From contig OY843751.1 in the NCBI GenBank assembly GCA_963693055.1, positions 5,504,001 to 5,568,000 of the forward strand: a stretch of DNA of 64,000 nucleotides, written 5' to 3'. Below, one piece after another: positions 49,196 through 58,195 of this stretch. The notes beneath the pieces were generated by a model that worked only from the letters and a program-made list of their open reading frames with translations, did no database searches and was not told the DNA's origin. Source of the DNA: a bacterium. Its GTDB lineage: Bacteria > Zhuqueibacterota > Zhuqueibacteria > Residuimicrobiales > Krinioviventaceae. The position numbers and the translations under genes were made by a program. Each line of letters starts with the position of its first letter. The stretch's first letter is position 1.

Positions 49196-49654
49196 TTACA
49201 TCAACTTGATCTTTTTGATGATGCGTTTCAACCCTCTACCGAAAAACTCGGGTTCAATTTCAATGTGTCTTTCCGCTCCCTCTCCAAAGCTCTGCACTTT
49301 GATAGAATCTACAGTTTTCAATGAGTCATGTACAACATAACGTGCATAGCTGCTCATGTGCGGCAATACAACTTTTTTTCTACTTTGAACAGCTTCATCC
49401 GCTTTTTCCTGAGCAAATTTCTTTAAATTCCCCACAGGATAAACCTTGAGCTCATAATCATCCCCATTACGATAGGTTTTGGTTACAATGTTTGGATTAT
49501 GATCAAAATGCCGATGGATCTGTTTTCTTTCAAAAGCATTCAATTTTTGCAAAGATACAGGTTCCAATGAACCATCAAGATCTTTTTTCACCTGATCTAA
49601 CAAGTGCCTGATTTTTTCATCTTCATTATCATGTCTATTTCGCTTTTTGAACAT
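49196..49654 (-). CDS. Tandem R3H-domain nucleic-acid-binding protein
   Basis: Two RxxxH motifs: LNAFERKQIH and MSSYARYVVH...SFGEGAERHIEI. The second resembles the Jag/KhpB C-terminus. Confidence 0.75.
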   Translation of the reverse strand: MFKKRNRHDNEDEKIRHLLDQVKKDLDGSLEPVSLQKLNAFERKQIHRHFDHNPNIVTKTYRNGDDYELKVYPVGNLKKFAQEKADEAVQSRKKVVLPHMSSYARYVVHDSLKTVDSIKVQSFGEGAERHIEIEPEFFGRGLKRIIKKIKLM

Positions 49655-49709
49655 ACAGTCCTCTTTTTTCTATATTGAGTCCATCTATAATAAGCAGTGA
49701 ATATTCAAG

Positions 49710-51128
49710 TTAAGAATTATTTTTCAATGCAGCAATTAATTTTTCATGTATCTTGTCAAAGGGACCGTTACTGAATGTTACCACCTTGTCGCCCCTTTTC
49801 ACATGTTTGATGATATGTTTTACCATTTCATCAGTTGTTTCTATGTAATGTGCTGTTTTACCTTTACAACGTATATCCTCTGCTAAAAGTTCCGGCGAAA
49901 ACAGCGTATCGTTACCCACTTTTGAAGGCTGATTAACGGGTGACAGTAACACATAATCTGCACTGTCAAACACCTCTATAAATTCTTTTTGAAAAATATT
50001 TCTGCGTGTAGTGGCAGAGCGTGGTTCAAACAAAGCCCAAATACCGGAATCGGGATACTTTAGTCTAAATCCGTCAAGTGTTTCTTTTATTGCAGTGGGA
50101 TGATGACCAAAATCATCATAAACCTCAACACCGGCGGCCTCTCCTTTGAGTTCTAACCTGCGTTTAACACCTTTGAATGTCTTTAATGCTTGTTGTATTT
50201 TCTCAAATGTAATACCCGCAGAATTGGCCGCAGCAATAACAGCAAGGGCGTTTTTGACATTATGCTTTCCCAAGGCACCCAGGGCCACATTGCCCAACAA
50301 GGCGTTATGGTGATAGACATCAAAATGCATCAATCCTTCAGATACCTGCAACTTTTCTGCCCGCCAGTCATTTTCATCGTTTAAGCCAAAAGTTTCTACA
50401 GGACAAAAAGCCTTTGCAGACACATCCATGGATTCAGAATCATCACCACAAACGATCAGTAAACCACTGCGAGGTACAAGATTTACAAACCGTTTAAATG
50501 CCAGTTTAATATCATCCAAAGACTTGTAAATATCGGCATGATCAAATTCCACACTATTGATAATGCCTACATCCGGTAGGTATTGTAAAAATTTGGCTGT
50601 TTTTTCAAAAAAGGCCGAGTCATATTCGTCGCCTTCAAGAATAAAATCACCTCCGCTGCCAAGCTGAAATCCGCGCCCAAAATTTTCCGGAATACCACCA
50701 ATCATAAATCCGGGATCTTTGCCCGCAGACTCGAACACCCAGGCCAGCATAGAGGAAGTTGTTGTTTTTCCATGGGTTCCGGTTACTACAAAAGACCGGT
50801 TGCCCCTTATCATAAATTCTCTTAATGCACTTGCCAGAGAAATGTAGGGTATCTTTTTGTCAAGTATTTCTTCAATTTCTACATTACCACGCGAAATCAC
50901 GTTTCCAACAACAACCAGATCCGGCTGCGGATCGAGATGCGCGGGGTCAAAGCCCTGCATAACCGGTATGTTTTGATCTTCCAAAAAAGTGCTCATGGGT
51001 GGGTACAAATTCTCATCACTTCCATACACATCGTACCCTTTTTGCTTTAGCATGGCGGCACAAGATGCCATAGCCGTACCGCAGATTGCCAGGAAATATA
51101 TCTTTTTATTTTCGTTCATCAACATCAA
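49710..51128 (-). CDS. mpl: Murein peptide ligase
   Basis: ICGTAMAS, YPPMST, GTHGKTTT, EGDEYDSAFF, DDFGHHP and FEPRS. Confidence 0.93.
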   Translation of the reverse strand: MMLMNENKKIYFLAICGTAMASCAAMLKQKGYDVYGSDENLYPPMSTFLEDQNIPVMQGFDPAHLDPQPDLVVVGNVISRGNVEIEEILDKKIPYISLASALREFMIRGNRSFVVTGTHGKTTTSSMLAWVFESAGKDPGFMIGGIPENFGRGFQLGSGGDFILEGDEYDSAFFEKTAKFLQYLPDVGIINSVEFDHADIYKSLDDIKLAFKRFVNLVPRSGLLIVCGDDSESMDVSAKAFCPVETFGLNDENDWRAEKLQVSEGLMHFDVYHHNALLGNVALGALGKHNVKNALAVIAAANSAGITFEKIQQALKTFKGVKRRLELKGEAAGVEVYDDFGHHPTAIKETLDGFRLKYPDSGIWALFEPRSATTRRNIFQKEFIEVFDSADYVLLSPVNQPSKVGNDTLFSPELLAEDIRCKGKTAHYIETTDEMVKHIIKHVKRGDKVVTFSNGPFDKIHEKLIAALKNNS

Positions 51129-51135
51129 TGTATGG

Positions 51136-52344
51136 TTAACCTTCCGTATTCATTTTCTCGGGGAACTGACTTTTTGAGACTTTTTCTATCCCATCCCTGG
51201 TGACCCGAATATTGGTTATGCGGCCGGCGCTGCCGGGCACACCCAGATCATTATCATTCAGATATAAATGTATTCCACTGGCATTGCCAATGCGCATCCA
51301 AAAATCGGAGTAGCTTTCCCAGGAGCGCTCATCGCCCGGAATAAAAATAGCTTCATCTGTAAGGGTATCCGAATATACTATACGCAGCCAGGTCGTATCG
51401 GTTACAACCATTCTCAATGAAAACATTTCAGATTCGGGAGTTGGTTCAACAACGTCCGCAGCAGAGTCAACCACTTTTGTCGTTTGTGCAGTTAAATCAG
51501 ATTTACTTACCGTATCGTCAGAATCTTTCAGCTTTGGTACAAATATAATCAGGGCAACAACAATAACAGCAACTGCAAGAAATCCATAAATAAAAATACT
51601 GTAAAAACCCAGCATCAATTTAAAATCTTCAAACCAGCCCTGTTTTTCAACAGTTGGTTCCGAATAATTGTTTTTAATTTCCGGTTGTTGATCTAATATT
51701 ACAGGCTGTTCTGGCACTATAATTTCCGGTTCCTCAACAGGTACAGGATCAGCAACGGGCTCTGGTTCAGCAACAGTTTCTTTTTCCGGTTCAGGCTCTG
51801 CTTCTGCTTCGGCCTCTATCGGTTCCGGTTCATATTCCGGTTCTTTTTGCCCGGTTTCAGGTTCCGGCTCTTTTTCAGGAGCTTTAGTCTCTGGCTCTTC
51901 TTCGCCTTCATCTTCGTCAATCGGTTCCTGAACAAGCGGCTGACCTTCTTCCTGCTCGATTTTGGTTTCCTCTTCCGGTTCCGGTTCGGGTTCCGGCTCC
52001 AAAGTTGGTTCCGGTGAAGGTTCTGGTTTGGGTTTGTCTCTCAAATCAAACTTTTCAGATTCAATTTCATTTATCACTGACGAATCTACATCTTTGACAA
52101 AAGAGGAATGGTACTTTTTCAAAACAACATCGGGATTCAAACCCAGCTCACGCGCAACAGAACTCAGATAGGCTTTGACATAAGCACTGGGTAAAAAGTC
52201 AAACACTCCATTTTCAAGATGCTGAATATTTTTAACAGATATTTTGGTAATATCAGCCAACTTTTCAACGGTCAGACCTTTGGTCTGTCTTTGCTCGGCC
52301 AGTTCACGACCAAGCTCTGCTTTTTTATTTTTTTGATTGTTCAT
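51136..52344 (-). CDS. rodZ: RodZ-like protein (HTH - acidic Glu/Pro linker - TM - DUF4115)
   Basis: N-terminal HTH (LPSAYVKAYL), one TM segment, and C-terminal TWLRIV...IGNASG. Confidence 0.8.
   Translation of the reverse strand: MNNQKNKKAELGRELAEQRQTKGLTVEKLADITKISVKNIQHLENGVFDFLPSAYVKAYLSSVARELGLNPDVVLKKYHSSFVKDVDSSVINEIESEKFDLRDKPKPEPSPEPTLEPEPEPEPEEETKIEQEEGQPLVQEPIDEDEGEEEPETKAPEKEPEPETGQKEPEYEPEPIEAEAEAEPEPEKETVAEPEPVADPVPVEEPEIIVPEQPVILDQQPEIKNNYSEPTVEKQGWFEDFKLMLGFYSIFIYGFLAVAVIVVALIIFVPKLKDSDDTVSKSDLTAQTTKVVDSAADVVEPTPESEMFSLRMVVTDTTWLRIVYSDTLTDEAIFIPGDERSWESYSDFWMRIGNASGIHLYLNDNDLGVPGSAGRITNIRVTRDGIEKVSKSQFPEKMNTEG
51710..52035 (-). repeat. Low-complexity Glu-Pro repeat inside rodZ
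   Basis: Recurrent GGTTCC/GGCTC/GGTTCA units encode EPEPEPEPE and EAEAEAEPEPE. Confidence 0.7.
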
Positions 52345-52957
52345 TGTTATTCAACATGGTTAATAATTGAGTATAAAATTTGGTTAACGGAAATCCTACA
52401 ACATTATAAAAACAACCATCAATCTTTTCAGCAAAAACCGCGCTTTTATCCTGAATGCCATACGCACCGGCTTTGTCGAACGGACTTTTTGTGCCAATAT
52501 ATCCCCAAATCTCCCAGTCTTCCAATTGACGAAAACTGACACGCGTAACCTCTGCGTCTGAAACGATATGATTCTGGGGTTTTTCTACAATGGCAAACCC
52601 GGTAAACACCTCGTGCGTTCTGCCTTGAAGCCGTTTGAGCATTTCATAGGCATCATCCGCATCTTTGGGTTTACCCAATATCTCATTATCAAGTACTACT
52701 ATTGTATCCGCACCAATGATTCGACCCGTTTCAATATCCTGGGCTACCTGTTTTGCTTTTGCTAAGGATAACGCTTTTACATGCTCACGGGGATCACGGA
52801 TATCAATTTCACTTTCGTCAAAATGACTGGGTACAACATTAAAATCAAATCCAATACGCGTTAAAAGCTCTGCACGTCTTGGGGATTTTGAAGCCAGTAT
52901 TAATGGCTTTTCATGGATATGTTCCATGATCTTTATATATTTATCGTCTTTCATCAC
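52325..52957 (-). CDS. maf: Maf family nucleotide pyrophosphatase
   Basis: ILASKSPRR, GADTIV, KP and DKAGAYGIQ. The start may be ATG 52927. Confidence 0.93.
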   Translation of the reverse strand: MMKDDKYIKIMEHIHEKPLILASKSPRRAELLTRIGFDFNVVPSHFDESEIDIRDPREHVKALSLAKAKQVAQDIETGRIIGADTIVVLDNEILGKPKDADDAYEMLKRLQGRTHEVFTGFAIVEKPQNHIVSDAEVTRVSFRQLEDWEIWGYIGTKSPFDKAGAYGIQDKSAVFAEKIDGCFYNVVGFPLTKFYTQLLTMLNNNEQSKK

Positions 52958-53390
52958 TATCCAGCATCAACGTAACGGGTCCATCATTATGTATCTCTAC
53001 CATCATATGTGCGCCAAAAATACCTTCCTGCACTTTGAGTCCGGTTTCTCCAAACATTTTGGTAGCTTTGTGGTACATCGGCTTGGAAAGATCAGGATGC
53101 GCGGCATCAGTAAAACTGGGGCGCCTGCCCCTGCGCGTATCCCCATACAAAGTAAATTGAGATACTACCAGCAGCTGAGCACCAACATCCAGCGCTGAAA
53201 GATTAAACCTTCCATCTACATCTTCAAAGATCCGCAGGTTTACAACTTTTTTAATAATATATTCCAAATCATTATCATCATCATCATGTTTAATACCCAA
53301 TAAAATTACCAGGCCTTGATCTATTTTGCCAACAATCTCTTTTTCTACCGTTACCGACGCCTTTTCAACGCGCTGAATCAATGCTCTCAT
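52941..53390 (-). CDS. dtd: D-aminoacyl-tRNA deacylase
   Basis: MRALIQRV, SQFTL and NDGPVT. Confidence 0.96.
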   Translation of the reverse strand: MRALIQRVEKASVTVEKEIVGKIDQGLVILLGIKHDDDDNDLEYIIKKVVNLRIFEDVDGRFNLSALDVGAQLLVVSQFTLYGDTRRGRRPSFTDAAHPDLSKPMYHKATKMFGETGLKVQEGIFGAHMMVEIHNDGPVTLMLDSDERR

Positions 53391-53395
53391 AAAGC

Positions 53396-54241
53396 CTACC
53401 ATCTCCCAACGTAAATCGCCAACAATCCCACCAGCATATCAGCTTTTAATAACACACTTAATTTAGAAAATATTTTTCTATCCGGATGTATCCAAATCAT
53501 AATGGTACTGAACAAAAGTACCGTATTTACTCCTGCCATTACAACCCACAAATACCAGCTCCCATAAATACCAAGTGGATAAGGCAAAAGAGTTATAACA
53601 ATCAACAACACGAACAACACAGTGGTCAACATTTGGGCTGGAAACAAACCATATTTAACGGGCAAGGTAATCGCATTATCTCTCCGGTCACCTTCAATGT
53701 CTTCCATATCTTTAATAATCTCTCGCCCAAAATGCATCATGAATGCAAATATAGCGGGTATTACAGCCTGTTCAATGTTCCCAACCGCAATTCCACCATA
53801 AATAAATGCCATACCGGTTGCCAAACTGACCGTTAAATTGCCCAACAATACCATTCGCTTGAATCTTGCACTATAGAAATACAGCAAAACCGTTGAAAGT
53901 GCCGAAATCAGTAATGCCTTTTCATTGATCAATGCGCCAAAAATAATACCGGCAGCATAAAGGAATACAGAAAACAACAAAGCGGCCTTTTTCGAGATCA
54001 ATCCCGAGGCCACAGGCCGGCTGGGCTTGTTTATCTTGTCTATTTCCACATCATAATAATCATTTATGGTATTAGACGCTGCGGTAATTACACCTCCGGA
54101 AAGTGCAGCCAGTAAAATTGCCACCCAATGCTCAAGACTACCGCATAAAAATGCCGCAATAAAAATAGACAGCATGGCTATAAACACATTCACCGGACGC
54201 GTTAAAGTCAACAATCCGTTTATTTTTACACGAGTAGACAA
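53396..54241 (-). CDS. UbiA-family prenyltransferase, DGGGP-synthase-like
   Basis: TRPVN, INDYYDVEIDKINKPSRP, LGNLTVS and REIIKDMEDIEGD...TLP. TTG start after GAGGT. Confidence 0.85.
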   Translation of the reverse strand: MSTRVKINGLLTLTRPVNVFIAMLSIFIAAFLCGSLEHWVAILLAALSGGVITAASNTINDYYDVEIDKINKPSRPVASGLISKKAALLFSVFLYAAGIIFGALINEKALLISALSTVLLYFYSARFKRMVLLGNLTVSLATGMAFIYGGIAVGNIEQAVIPAIFAFMMHFGREIIKDMEDIEGDRRDNAITLPVKYGLFPAQMLTTVLFVLLIVITLLPYPLGIYGSWYLWVVMAGVNTVLLFSTIMIWIHPDRKIFSKLSVLLKADMLVGLLAIYVGRW

Positions 54242-54269
54242 AGTTACCTCAGGTCAATACCAAACAGAT

Positions 54270-54298
54270 AATATAGTATTCCTGTAATTCAAAATCAA
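54270..54298 (-). promoter_or_regulatory. Sigma70-type promoter for the ubiA-dtd-maf-rodZ-mpl operon
   Basis: TTGATT-17 nt-TATATT. Confidence 0.6.
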
Positions 54299-54337
54299 GA
54301 TGAATTCATTTGACCAATCTACAGGCAAGAGATGGTT

Positions 54338-55084
54338 CTAGACAGGATTATGAACATCGATAAATTCTACATCCACATCAAATTTAGAGGCAGCATAATC
54401 ACCCAGGGCCATTATACCGGGTCTTTCTGTGGCATAATGCCCCGCTGCGATGAAATGTATATTCCCTTCTTTGGCTTTATGCATAACCGGCTCAGACACT
54501 TCACCAGTTATAAAGACATCAAGCCCTTCTTCAATAGCCTGAGAAATATAATATTGTGAACCACCCGAACAAATCCCGATTCGAGAGACTGTTTTGGGGC
54601 CATAATCAAATACCAGCGGATTGCTGCCATAATAGGCTTTCACTTTATCTAGAAAAGATGCAAAAGGTATTTCATCTGTTACACCTTTAACTCCCACATC
54701 TATAAAGCCTTCTATATCTCTTAATTTTAAATTTCTGGCTGCCTGCGCATTATTACCAACCTGCATGTGCTTATCAAGCGGAAGGTGATATGCCAGCAAA
54801 GTAATCTCATTGTCCAGCAACCGCTTCAAACGGGTTTTAAGACCACCTTTAACAACCGGACTCTCTTTGCTCCAGATAATACCATGATGCACAATAATCA
54901 TATCCGCTTTTTTTTCAATTGCCAAATCAAACAATTCTACATTCGCAGAAACAGCGGTTATAATTTTTTCAACTTTTTCTTTACCTTCTACCTGCAATCC
55001 ATTAGGCCCATAATCAGAAAATTCATGTATTGCCAGGTATTCATTCAAATGTGCGGTTAGCTCGTCTCGTAATATCATATGCAT
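54338..55084 (-). CDS. Nif3-like dinuclear metal centre protein
   Basis: PNGLQVEG, VHHG, YHLPLD and GHYATE. Confidence 0.93.
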   Translation of the reverse strand: MHMILRDELTAHLNEYLAIHEFSDYGPNGLQVEGKEKVEKIITAVSANVELFDLAIEKKADMIIVHHGIIWSKESPVVKGGLKTRLKRLLDNEITLLAYHLPLDKHMQVGNNAQAARNLKLRDIEGFIDVGVKGVTDEIPFASFLDKVKAYYGSNPLVFDYGPKTVSRIGICSGGSQYYISQAIEEGLDVFITGEVSEPVMHKAKEGNIHFIAAGHYATERPGIMALGDYAASKFDVDVEFIDVHNPV

Positions 55085-55099
55085 TCCATCATTTTTATT

Positions 55100-56131
55100 T
55101 CAGTCTATAACTATTGGTTTATCCTGTTTTGACGACTCGTAAACAGCCAATATCAACTGTAATGCGCGCCTTGCTTCGGCACCACTCACAACAGGTTCTC
55201 TGTTTTCACGTATTGCGCCAAAAATATCTGTAAACTCTTTAATAAAAGGAGTTAAATCAATATCGAGGGGTTTAGACGCACCGCCAGCGGAGCCGCTCTC
55301 TTTGCGAAAAGGTTCTTCACCATCAATATGCATAAAAGCCAGTCTCTCGCCCTCGACAACAACCGTACCTTTGGTACCATGCACATCTAGCCGTGCCGGC
55401 AACCCGGGAAACGTTGCCGTAGATGCCTGAATTACTCCCGAAGCACCGTTCTCAAATTCTACCATGGCCATACCAATATCTTCTACTTCAATATCATGCG
55501 TACAGGTACGTGTTTTACCATAAACCCATTTAGCGGGCCCCATTGCCGAAAGCATCAGGTCAATAAAATGAATACCCTGATTCATAAACGGTCCACCGCC
55601 ATCCAGTTCATGTGTACCGCGCCATGCACCGCTGTTGTAGTAATCCATTGAGCGATACCATTTAATGCTGGCTTCTGCATGAATCAGTTTGCCCAGCTTC
55701 TCTTCTTTGAGAAGAGCATATAATTTCTGCATGGGTTCCATAAACCGGTATTGGCTAATCACACCCAACGTTACATTATTTCCTTTGCAGGCATTAATCA
55801 ACGCATCTGCCTTGTCCAGTGTTACATCTATGGGTTTTTCAACGATTACATGCTTGCCCGCTTTAGCAAATTGAATACCCATCTCTGCATGAAGTCCGGA
55901 TGGCAGGGTAATATCCGCAACATGTATATCGGGATCATTCAAAATTTCATTTATTTCAGTCGTATATTCCAGATCCAGCTTTTCTGCTGCCTCGCGGGCC
56001 TTGGATTCATCCCGGCGATAAAGTTTAACAACATTTACATTATCATTCAATTGTCGTATAGCATTCACATGATGCGTGGATATTGCTCCCGCACCTATTA
56101 TTGCAACATTCAGTATTTTATTTGTGCTCAT
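55100..56131 (-). CDS. Gfo/Idh/MocA family oxidoreductase
   Basis: IIGAGAI, HVIVEKP, GGGPFMNQGIH and EVED. Confidence 0.92.
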   Translation of the reverse strand: MSTNKILNVAIIGAGAISTHHVNAIRQLNDNVNVVKLYRRDESKAREAAEKLDLEYTTEINEILNDPDIHVADITLPSGLHAEMGIQFAKAGKHVIVEKPIDVTLDKADALINACKGNNVTLGVISQYRFMEPMQKLYALLKEEKLGKLIHAEASIKWYRSMDYYNSGAWRGTHELDGGGPFMNQGIHFIDLMLSAMGPAKWVYGKTRTCTHDIEVEDIGMAMVEFENGASGVIQASTATFPGLPARLDVHGTKGTVVVEGERLAFMHIDGEEPFRKESGSAGGASKPLDIDLTPFIKEFTDIFGAIRENREPVVSGAEARRALQLILAVYESSKQDKPIVID

Positions 56132-56134
56132 GTT

Positions 56135-56722
56135 TTATTCCTGTTTAAATACATTCAAATGACAGATATGATTCAGATCGCGTTTGGGCACTTTCAACGT
56201 ACCGTCTGTATCTTTATAATATTTTTGTGAATCTTTAAAGTCTACAATCCGCGGTTCTTCTGCTGGTATACCAAGAGCCAACACAGAATCCAGCTCGTAT
56301 GAATCCGGCACATTAAGCAATTCACACACGTGAGCGCGGTTCACCGATCCCAACCAGCATGAACCAATACCCTCGGCTAATGCAAAGAGGATCATATTCT
56401 CCACAGCAGCACCAATATCATGACCGGTCCAGGCCGACTTTAATGATTTATTAACCAGCACTGCAATATATGCTACCGGTTGCTCCTCAGGTGCGGGTCT
56501 TCCCGTATCATCCGGTAAATACCCTGCCCATCGGGTATATTGAAATACATTATTTACAATATCAGGTTCCTGAATAATAATATACTCCAAAGGCTGCATA
56601 TTCATTGCAGATGGAGCCAAACGGGCTGAATCTACCAGGCTTTTTAATACCTCTGTGACAATTTTTTCCTGTTTGAAGCGACGAATGGTTCGTCGTTTCA
56701 AGATTAGATCATGTAACGACAA
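56135..56722 (-). CDS. Nitroreductase family protein
   Basis: RRTIRRF, APSAMNMQP and GIGSCW. The likely start is TTG 56722 after GGAG. Confidence 0.9.
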   Translation of the reverse strand: MSLHDLILKRRTIRRFKQEKIVTEVLKSLVDSARLAPSAMNMQPLEYIIIQEPDIVNNVFQYTRWAGYLPDDTGRPAPEEQPVAYIAVLVNKSLKSAWTGHDIGAAVENMILFALAEGIGSCWLGSVNRAHVCELLNVPDSYELDSVLALGIPAEEPRIVDFKDSQKYYKDTDGTLKVPKRDLNHICHLNVFKQE

Positions 56723-56803
56723 AGCATCTCCCTGTGTTTTTGTTATATTATAATTTAAACTGTTGCTTAACAATTACAAGAAAAATCGATTGATAAAAAC
56801 CCT

Positions 56804-56830
56804 TGTAACACTTTTTGGCATATCCCGTAT
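56804..56830 (+). promoter_or_regulatory. ECF sigma-type promoter
   Basis: TGTAAC-16 nt-CGTAT, like B. subtilis sigmaW/X promoters, upstream of a LiaF/LiaI-like membrane gene. Confidence 0.45.
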
Positions 56831-56871
56831 AATTATCCAGAAGGCCCGTGGCATTAAACAAGGAGAACATT

Positions 56872-57252
56872 ATGAGCACAGATCAAGTGAAATCAACAAA
56901 ACCCAAACATCATCATTCACGGGATTCATTAAGCGGATTGATAACCGGATCGTTATTTATTTTAGCTGGAGCATTTATTTTTGCAGAAAACCAGGGAATG
57001 TTTTACGATAGCTGGTTCTGGTGGTTTTTATTATCTGCCGGAATTGTATTCATAATCGAAGCAATAATCCGTATTCGTATCCCCCGTTTTAACAAACCTG
57101 TTTACGGCATCATCATTAAAGGAAGCATTATCTCTGCTTTGGGTGCCTCCCAATTATACAATATAGAGGATTGGTGGCCAGTGATATTGATCATAACCGG
57201 ATCCATGCTGATCTTTCAAGCATTTCACACAACTTCCGAACACAAAGCATAA
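56872..57252 (+). CDS. Small 4-TM LiaF/LiaI-like membrane protein
   Basis: AGGAG RBS; four hydrophobic segments and WWPVILII. Confidence 0.7.
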   Translation: MSTDQVKSTKPKHHHSRDSLSGLITGSLFILAGAFIFAENQGMFYDSWFWWFLLSAGIVFIIEAIIRIRIPRFNKPVYGIIIKGSIISALGASQLYNIEDWWPVILIITGSMLIFQAFHTTSEHKA

Positions 57253-57257
57253 ACAAT

Positions 57258-57285
57258 TTCCCCGGTTATTAGCCTAACCGGGGAA
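57258..57285 (+). terminator. Hairpin / probable terminator
   Basis: TTCCCCGGTTA-TTAGCC-TAACCGGGGAA immediately after the stop codon; the U-tract is weak. Confidence 0.6.
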
Positions 57286-57386
57286 TTCTCTCCCCTGAAT
57301 TACTTGCTTATTCCTGTAACCTTTAAAAAGCGCTTGGAAAATTCGTCAGGAATTGTAAATTATACTCGATTGATAAAGGAGTTTTT

Positions 57387-57857
57387 ATGAATCTGAGTGA
57401 CCTCTTGACAAAAGATGTAATTCGGATACCACTGGAAAATACCGAAAAAAACAGAATTATCGAAGAAATGGTCGATATTCTTGCCAGCCAAAACCGGGTT
57501 ACGGACAGAGACGCTGTACTGCAAGCGGTTCTTGACCGTGAACGCGTTATGAGCACAGGCATGGGTGATGGTGTTGCCATCCCTCACGCTAAAAGCGATG
57601 GTGTTTCTGAACTTGTTAGCGCATTTGGCATTACCCGCCAGGATGTAGATTTCAAGTCCATTGACGAAAAACCTGTTCGCTTGATTTTTTTACTGGTTGG
57701 GCCGGTTGATCAGACGGGTCCGCATTTAAAAGCACTCAGTCGTATTTCCCGTTTAATGCACCGAAAAGAGTTTCGAGACAGGTTATCATCTTCACATTCA
57801 AGTGAAGAAGTCATCGAGGCTATCAAAAAAGAAGAGCAAAAATATTTTGCTTTATAA
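57387..57857 (+). CDS. ptsN: PTS IIA-like protein (EIIA-Ntr/fructose type)
   Basis: RERVMSTGMGDGVAIPHAK with the phospho-His, and HLKALSRISR. Confidence 0.85.
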   Translation: MNLSDLLTKDVIRIPLENTEKNRIIEEMVDILASQNRVTDRDAVLQAVLDRERVMSTGMGDGVAIPHAKSDGVSELVSAFGITRQDVDFKSIDEKPVRLIFLLVGPVDQTGPHLKALSRISRLMHRKEFRDRLSSSHSSEEVIEAIKKEEQKYFAL

Positions 57858-57878
57858 TACAGTTTTTTTTCATTAAAC

Positions 57879-57901
57879 GGGTCTCTTTGCGAGGCCCTTT
57901 T
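57879..57901 (+). terminator. Intrinsic terminator
   Basis: GGGTCTC-TTTGC-GAGGCCC-TTTT. Confidence 0.6.
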
Positions 57902-57921
57902 GTATTTTAAGGGGAATAGAT

Positions 57922-58179
57922 ATGAGTGAAGAAAATTTAAATGACCCAAATGAGGAAATGATCAGCCTTAGCACGCTGCCGGGTGTTATTTATGCCGAAA
58001 TGGTTAAAGAAACCCTGGAGAACAATGGTATCCCTTGTGTCATCAAATCCGACTTGCTAAGTTCAGGCTTGTTGGCAAAATCTGCTGGCCTTTCTGATGA
58101 TGTCTGCCGAATTTATGTACACAAAAAGCACCACAAAAAAGCACAAACAATCCTTGAAGGAATGATGGACCACATATAG
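57922..58179 (+). CDS. DUF2007-like putative signal-transducing protein
   Basis: AEMVKETLENNGIPC...IYV...KAQTIL. Confidence 0.75.
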   Translation: MSEENLNDPNEEMISLSTLPGVIYAEMVKETLENNGIPCVIKSDLLSSGLLAKSAGLSDDVCRIYVHKKHHKKAQTILEGMMDHI

Positions 58180-58195
58180 CAGGAATTTAAACAAA

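Noticed and set aside
51710-52035. CRISPR array or non-coding tandem repeat
   Set aside because: The repeats are degenerate in-frame codon repeats within rodZ, with no repeat-spacer structure.
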